From an uncultured virus (IMG/VR IMGVR_UViG_3300020191_000005) (lineage: Duplodnaviria > Heunggongvirae > Uroviricota > Caudoviricetes): a stretch of 54,647 nucleotides of DNA. Position 1 is the first letter of the stretch. The number at the start of each line of letters is the position of its first letter. Made by a program: the position numbers and the translations under genes. The notes below the pieces were generated by a model. It was not told where the DNA came from. It worked only from the letters and a program-made list of their open reading frames with translations, and did not search any database. Of the stretch, positions 50,571 to 54,647 are shown one piece after another. The stretch spans positions 62,001 to 116,647 of IMG/VR virus record IMGVR_UViG_3300020191_000005; one strand, given 5' to 3'.

Positions 50571-50900
50571 CTATGCAGTCTCTAGCTCTACCTCAATGGT
50601 CTCTGCTTCAGCTACAGGCTGTGCCGGTGCTGTTGGAGTCGCATCAAGTTTGATGTTTCTTACAACGAACTCATTGATCGCAGACTGTTGTGCTTCTGTC
50701 TGGAACTCTGCATGAGTTGACAAGAACTTACATACATCTGCCTTGTTCATTGCTGATGGCAGTTCTACGATTTTGATGTCCTCGTGTTGATTCTTTACAA
50801 GGATCTTGAATCTACTCACATAGTCATTCGCGAACCTTACTTTTGTTTTGCCGTTGTTGTTTGACGTGCCGGCTACCGTGTACAGTTTAGTGGTACTCAT
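50571..50900 (-). CDS. Hypothetical early protein
   Basis: Own promoter and GGAGG RBS; VAGTS...KVRFAND motif. Confidence 0.75.
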   Translation of the reverse strand: MSTTKLYTVAGTSNNNGKTKVRFANDYVSRFKILVKNQHEDIKIVELPSAMNKADVCKFLSTHAEFQTEAQQSAINEFVVRNIKLDATPTAPAQPVAEAETIEVELETA

Positions 50901-50970
50901 TGTTGGCCTCCTATTGTTTGCCTATTCATACTCAAGTTATAATAACATCTAATGGTGAGTATGTCAACCA

Positions 50971-51165
50971 TTATTTGTTGAAACCACCACCCCTTGCAGG
51001 ATCAAAGATGTCTTTGGTCATAACAACCAATTCTTCTTCTACACCTGGAGCGGTAATCTTAGATACATTTCGGAACGCATTCGCGGTCTTCAACATATCT
51101 TTTGGAGTCATTGTACCACAAGCGGTCAAGCTCATAGCACAAAGGACTACCAAAATCGTTTTCAT
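50971..51165 (-). CDS. Putative lipoprotein
   Basis: Signal peptide with lipobox LTAC; TAATG coupling to the upstream gene. Confidence 0.65.
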   Translation of the reverse strand: MKTILVVLCAMSLTACGTMTPKDMLKTANAFRNVSKITAPGVEEELVVMTKDIFDPARGGGFNK

Positions 51166-51389
51166 TAGGCTACCAAACCTTCAATCCAAGCCTGGGGTAC
51201 AACCCTACCTACGTCTTTGCCACCTAGGTACTTGTTGATCTGTTTGCTAGTGGTTACGCTGAACTTGGTGTCTGTTCTAAACGCACCCTGCTCACAGTAG
51301 CCTGCAACCGGAGTCTCATAGCTGAACATGATGCTCTTGCCGTTAACTTCGATCTCTGTCATATTTGAACCAATGTTTTTAAGTTTCAT
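51165..51389 (-). CDS. Hypothetical early protein
   Basis: Own promoter and GAGGGCA box; FSYETPVA, SVTTSKQIN. Confidence 0.75.
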   Translation of the reverse strand: MKLKNIGSNMTEIEVNGKSIMFSYETPVAGYCEQGAFRTDTKFSVTTSKQINKYLGGKDVGRVVPQAWIEGLVA

Positions 51390-51458
51390 ATTGCCCTCGT
51401 TTCCTAATTGTTATACTTACAGTATACACTCAATTTAATTGAATGTCAACCATTTATT

Positions 51459-51623
51459 TTAATTAATCATTACCAAAATGCTACCCCAAATCCATGCACA
51501 GATGAACAGGAACGCTACGAATCCCAAACAGATCACAGCGAACTTGAACCCTGCTTCGATGATTGCGGGTGCGAATTTAAAGATAAGATATGCTACAGCG
51601 ATGAATCCAATTACTTCCAACAT
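51459..51623 (-). CDS. Small two-helix membrane protein, 54 aa (absent from the ORF track)
   Basis: AGGAG RBS; MLEVIGFIAVAYLIFKFAPAIIEAGFKFAVICLGFVAFLFICAWIWGSILVMIN. Confidence 0.7.
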   Translation of the reverse strand: MLEVIGFIAVAYLIFKFAPAIIEAGFKFAVICLGFVAFLFICAWIWGSILVMIN

Positions 51624-51624
51624 C

Positions 51625-51825
51625 CTATTGCTCCTGGCTGTTGCTGATTAAGACCATTGCACCAAACAGCACCATGGTAAAACCTACACCTGCTACCATT
51701 AGCATCTCACCTAAGGTGTTGGCCGTGTCCATACAAGCACCATCACAGTCGTTGGCTGAACCTGCCATTGCCATCAGTCCAACTGCTATCAATAGTCCGG
51801 AAATTGTGTTAATCGTTGTTTTCAT
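51625..51825 (-). CDS. Small two-helix membrane protein
   Basis: Own promoter and GAGGGCA box; two hydrophobic segments flanking a CDGAC loop. Confidence 0.7.
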   Translation of the reverse strand: MKTTINTISGLLIAVGLMAMAGSANDCDGACMDTANTLGEMLMVAGVGFTMVLFGAMVLISNSQEQ

Positions 51826-51891
51826 TTTGCCCTCTTTGTTTGTTATTGTTCTTATATAATAGCACCAAGTTAACCAAAAGTCAACCCCTAA

Positions 51892-52098
51892 TTACATATT
51901 ATATTTGGCCCAGTATTCGCCCCAAGCCTCGCTGATTGCTTCCTCAACGCACTCTCCTTCGGAACTACCCTGTAGTAGATCCACGTGCGGAGTCATTGCT
52001 TCAACGAATTCATCCAAGCTCTCGCACTCTCCAGCCTTGTCGTTGGCTATGTCCCAGAACTTGTTTACGTTGTCTTCTATTAGATTATACATGCCCAT
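51892..52098 (-). CDS. Small acidic early protein
   Basis: Own promoter and GAGGGCA box. Confidence 0.7.
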   Translation of the reverse strand: MGMYNLIEDNVNKFWDIANDKAGECESLDEFVEAMTPHVDLLQGSSEGECVEEAISEAWGEYWAKYNM

Positions 52099-52149
52099 CT
52101 AGTTGCCCTCCTTATTATGTTTATATAATAGCACCTCTTTATCCAAATG

Positions 52150-52473
52150 TCAACCATTATTTTCCAGGGCCTGTTGCACACATTCTTCAGCTCGATTGTC
52201 GAACCCACCAATGTGCCAACGGTACTGCCCCATAGGCGTGCTTGATTCTTTCCAGTCATAGATGGTTGCGTAGACGTAGTCCCAATCGTCCTCGTCCTCT
52301 GCATCGTCCTCTAGAACCTTGAATTCAAGTGTCCATTCTGCGGTGGTCTTATCACCAGCGGCTGTTGGCTCACCAAACTTGGCCACGATATCCTCATAAG
52401 TGGTTGTCACATAGCCTGCGAGGCTTGAACCACTCTGCCATGTTGCATCTGTTTCTATGTCTAAAATTTTCAT
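52150..52473 (-). CDS. Acidic hypothetical early protein
   Basis: Own promoter and GAGGGCA box; FGEP, TIYDWK, WHIGG. Confidence 0.75.
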   Translation of the reverse strand: MKILDIETDATWQSGSSLAGYVTTTYEDIVAKFGEPTAAGDKTTAEWTLEFKVLEDDAEDEDDWDYVYATIYDWKESSTPMGQYRWHIGGFDNRAEECVQQALENNG

Positions 52474-52533
52474 TGTGCCCTCATTTCCTTATTGTGTTTA
52501 TATAATAGCATCATCCAATCCAATTGTCAACCC

Positions 52534-53190
52534 CTATTTTTTGAACGTATGATTGCCCACAACGGCTGTGGTTTTATAGCTGTCTGCCCAATGCGGATCA
52601 ACTAGGTTGTGATTATAGTAGTGAGTGGCCCCACCAGTGTTGTCCTTGATGATGTAATCACCCTGAGCCAGTGTGGCTATCGCAATACGTACTGATTCTC
52701 TCCAAGCTCTAGCATTGCCTTCGATGGTCTCTCCTGTGCGTTCCATGTTGGCCCATATCACATCTTTGACCCCATCACAGTACCAACTGAACTGACATCT
52801 GTGCTTTCGTGGGTAATACACTCGCTGGTTGTCCGGAAGGTCCTTGATCTTCTTGGTCTTCCATGATTCCCTCACAGGCCCCTGCTGTACCACACCACAG
52901 TAGGTACTCGGCCATCTGCTGTCCTCTACTCTATTACGTGTGACGTTGGCCACTGCTATCTTGGCCTTAAAGCTCTCGCCTCGTGCTTCAAAGTAGATGT
53001 TCTCTGCTAGACAAGTGATCGCAGGATGTGTGTGGTTCTCTGCGTTCTGATCGTTCAGCTCTTGGAATAGTATGGTCTTGGCTTGATCTGTTAGCTCTGC
53101 CGCGTGATCGAATGATGTCAGCTTCTCTGCCCCTGCGGCCGCCGTATGCAAACATGCCAAGATCGCTGTTGCTATAATAGTCTTTTTCAT
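52534..53190 (-). CDS. SleB-like cell wall hydrolase (Hydrolase_2) with signal peptide
   Basis: CLAENIYFEARGE, VTRNRV, CQFSWYCDG, TGGATHY, VGNHTF. Confidence 0.9.
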   Translation of the reverse strand: MKKTIIATAILACLHTAAAGAEKLTSFDHAAELTDQAKTILFQELNDQNAENHTHPAITCLAENIYFEARGESFKAKIAVANVTRNRVEDSRWPSTYCGVVQQGPVRESWKTKKIKDLPDNQRVYYPRKHRCQFSWYCDGVKDVIWANMERTGETIEGNARAWRESVRIAIATLAQGDYIIKDNTGGATHYYNHNLVDPHWADSYKTTAVVGNHTFKK

Positions 53191-53256
53191 ATTGCCCTCC
53201 TAATTATATTAACACTATAGCACCAAAATGCTATAGTGTCAACCATTTTTTTTATG

Positions 53257-53520
53257 CTATGCTTCCATAGAGGCCATGCCGTTTTGTTGCATACCTTGCT
53301 CTGTAAATTGCACCTCATAGCCAAGTGCTTTGCTAATTGCGGCCTCAAAGCCACTGTCTGTGTAGATCTCCCACGTTGTATCGTGTACTACGTCGATCAT
53401 CTTGTAGTCCTCATCCTCGTACACAGCGATGTCTGAGACTGAGACAGTTTGCGGACCCTCATAGCCCCAAATGCTGTCCCCTGCAAGTTGTACTGCGAAC
53501 GGAAATTTAATGTTTTGCAT
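53257..53520 (-). CDS. Acidic hypothetical early protein
   Basis: Own promoter and GAGGGCA box; IYTDSGF, TEQGMQ. Confidence 0.75.
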   Translation of the reverse strand: MQNIKFPFAVQLAGDSIWGYEGPQTVSVSDIAVYEDEDYKMIDVVHDTTWEIYTDSGFEAAISKALGYEVQFTEQGMQQNGMASMEA

Positions 53521-53619
53521 AGTTTGCCCTCTTTGCGTTGTTTAGTTTATAGTTACACTATAGCACCAAAATAGTCTAAGGTCAACCATTTTTTACCAAA
53601 AAAAATCTAATTATTTTGG

Positions 53620-53648
53620 TTGACATCTCGTCCAAAATATGTTATAAT
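53620..53648 (+). promoter_or_regulatory. Consensus sigma70 promoter firing into a non-coding region
   Basis: TTGACA-17-TATAAT with extended TG; back-to-back with the minus-strand promoter at 53585. Confidence 0.8.
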
Positions 53649-53704
53649 AAACTACGCTCCCGATGGGCGAAGGCTCAGGTGTTGCACAAATGCCACAGAT
53701 AAAT

Positions 53705-53732
53705 GCTAGGCCTTTCTATGAGGGCGCCTAGC
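53705..53732. ncRNA. Stem-loop with ATGAGGGC (plus) / GCCCTCAT (minus) in the loop
   Basis: GCTAGGC/GCCTAGC 7-bp stem. Confidence 0.45.
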
Positions 53733-53797
53733 TCTCCCGCCTTAGTTGTATATAGGTCTAAGGCCTAACCGGGTTTCCACTCCCTACCTGTCCACGT

Positions 53798-54235
53798 CTA
53801 AGCCATCTCAGGCTCAGCCAATTTGACGTACTCCTCTTGATAGTGGCTTCTCTCGCCACCCAGCTCCATCTTATAGCTCTGAGCCTTGCCCTTGTAGCCG
53901 GGAGTCCAATAGTCCTCTGCAGGCACCCAACGGCTCGCATAGTAGGCCCCATCTGCCTCACGGTATATAGTCCAGGGAGTCTCCCAGTCCTCACACACAG
54001 CCTCTCCCTCGTCCACGAAACTCCAATCTAACACATACTCCTCAGAGTAGTCAGAAGCATACTCGATCAACTCACGCAGATCATCAATGTTCTCAGGTCT
54101 AAGATTGGGATCCTCGATGGCCATAACAAAGGTCTCTCCACCTTTGAACTTCCAATACTGCGGACACTCACCCTGGCCGTCCCAGTCATGTGCGCCATAG
54201 TTCTCTTTGTATTGTGTGTGGATCGCTAATTTCAT
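53798..54235 (-). CDS. Hypothetical early protein
   Basis: Own promoter and GAGGGCA box; TQYKENYGAHDWDGQGECPQYWKFKGG motif. Confidence 0.75.
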   Translation of the reverse strand: MKLAIHTQYKENYGAHDWDGQGECPQYWKFKGGETFVMAIEDPNLRPENIDDLRELIEYASDYSEEYVLDWSFVDEGEAVCEDWETPWTIYREADGAYYASRWVPAEDYWTPGYKGKAQSYKMELGGERSHYQEEYVKLAEPEMA

Positions 54236-54344
54236 TTTCTATGCCCTCTCTAATTCCTTATTGTCTTTACAGTATACCATCTCTGAATCCAAATGTCAAC
54301 CATTATTTTACCAAAAAATAATTTTATTTTAGGGGTTTTTTTGG

Positions 54345-54373
54345 TTGACTTTAGGTGCCTTTGGCCATATACT
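54345..54373 (+). promoter_or_regulatory. Sigma70 promoter firing into an ORF-free region
   Basis: TTGACT-17-TATACT followed by ATAAGAACAATAAGGGCA, identical to the leader at 49199-49216 (minus strand). Confidence 0.75.
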
Positions 54374-54511
54374 ATAAGAACAATAAGGGCAAGGAGGTAG
54401 AGGGAAGTTCAACATAGAGGATCGCAGATAGATCCACCCGCCGGGAACGTAATTGGAAACATTGATACCGGAGTTCAATTCACCCTACACGACCTGATTT
54501 CCGCACCCTTG

Positions 54512-54590
54512 TAACCCCTTGAAATCATTGAACTTTTTTGAAAGGCCATACTAGAGGCCCCTGGCCCCACCTAACCTCTTGATATCATTG
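54512..54590 (+). repeat. Imperfect 19-bp direct repeat, 60 bp apart
   Basis: TAACCCCTTGAAATCATTG (54512-54530) and TAACCTCTTGATATCATTG (54572-54590). Confidence 0.6.
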
Positions 54591-54647
54591 GAGAAAGTCA
54601 GGTCGACACCATTAGACCTCAGATCTGGCTTTGACCACCACCTTTCT

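Larger units (their letters stand above)
47581..54299 (-). repeat. Dispersed promoter/leader cassette repeat (15 copies)
   Basis: TTGAC(A/C/T)-17-TAT(A/T)(C/G/A)T with -35 boxes starting (minus strand) at 47639, 48047, 49245, 49532, 49841, 50099, 50416, 50967, 51449, 51884, 52153, 52530, 53242, 53585 and 54299; most are followed by an A/C-rich leader and a GAGGG(CA) box before ATG. Confidence 0.9.

Noticed and set aside
51408..51647. 79-aa plus-strand ORF
   Set aside because: It is the shadow of the minus-strand membrane-protein ORF 51459-51623, which has a proper RBS.
47581..54299. Repeated cassette motifs read as a CRISPR array or integron attC sites
   Set aside because: The repeats are degenerate promoter/RBS elements separated by whole genes of variable length; there are no identical repeats, cas genes, integrase or attC structure.
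1..54647. Stop-codon reassignment, inteins or introns
   Set aside because: Conserved genes are uninterrupted in the standard code and end in TAA, TAG or TGA; TerL, helicase, UvsX and UvsW have normal lengths.

Overview
This 54.6-kb window is an AT-rich fragment of a large T4-superfamily myophage genome, probably infecting a Gram-negative host. 1-5.2 kb (minus strand): a cupin, ADP-heptose genes hldD and hldE, a NUDIX hydrolase and gp15/gp14-like neck genes. 5.3-18.5 kb: gp13-like neck protein, dNMP kinase, tail sheath, tail tube, head-completion protein and terminase. 18.6-45.5 kb: replication and recombination genes (gp32 SSB, UvsX, UvsY, UvsW, a gp62-like protein, a 190-aa mini-DnaE, primase, ClpP, DnaB-like helicase), interleaved with glycosyl-, methyl- and carbamoyltransferases and 2OG-Fe(II) oxygenases. 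47-54.3 kb (minus strand): an early or host-takeover array with 15 sigma70-type promoters, small ORFs, tRNA-Leu(UAA) and tRNA-Arg(UCU). The most striking signal is a conserved GAGGGC(A) box in the array's gene leaders, together with intergenic hairpins on the same strand that carry the complementary GCCCUC. Two strong opposite-strand promoters also fire into ORF-free sequence. This is a candidate phage sRNA/antisense translational regulon. Many late genes show a fixed TAAATA-N5-ATG architecture that suggests leaderless mRNAs. All functional calls come from motifs recognised by eye; no searches were run.
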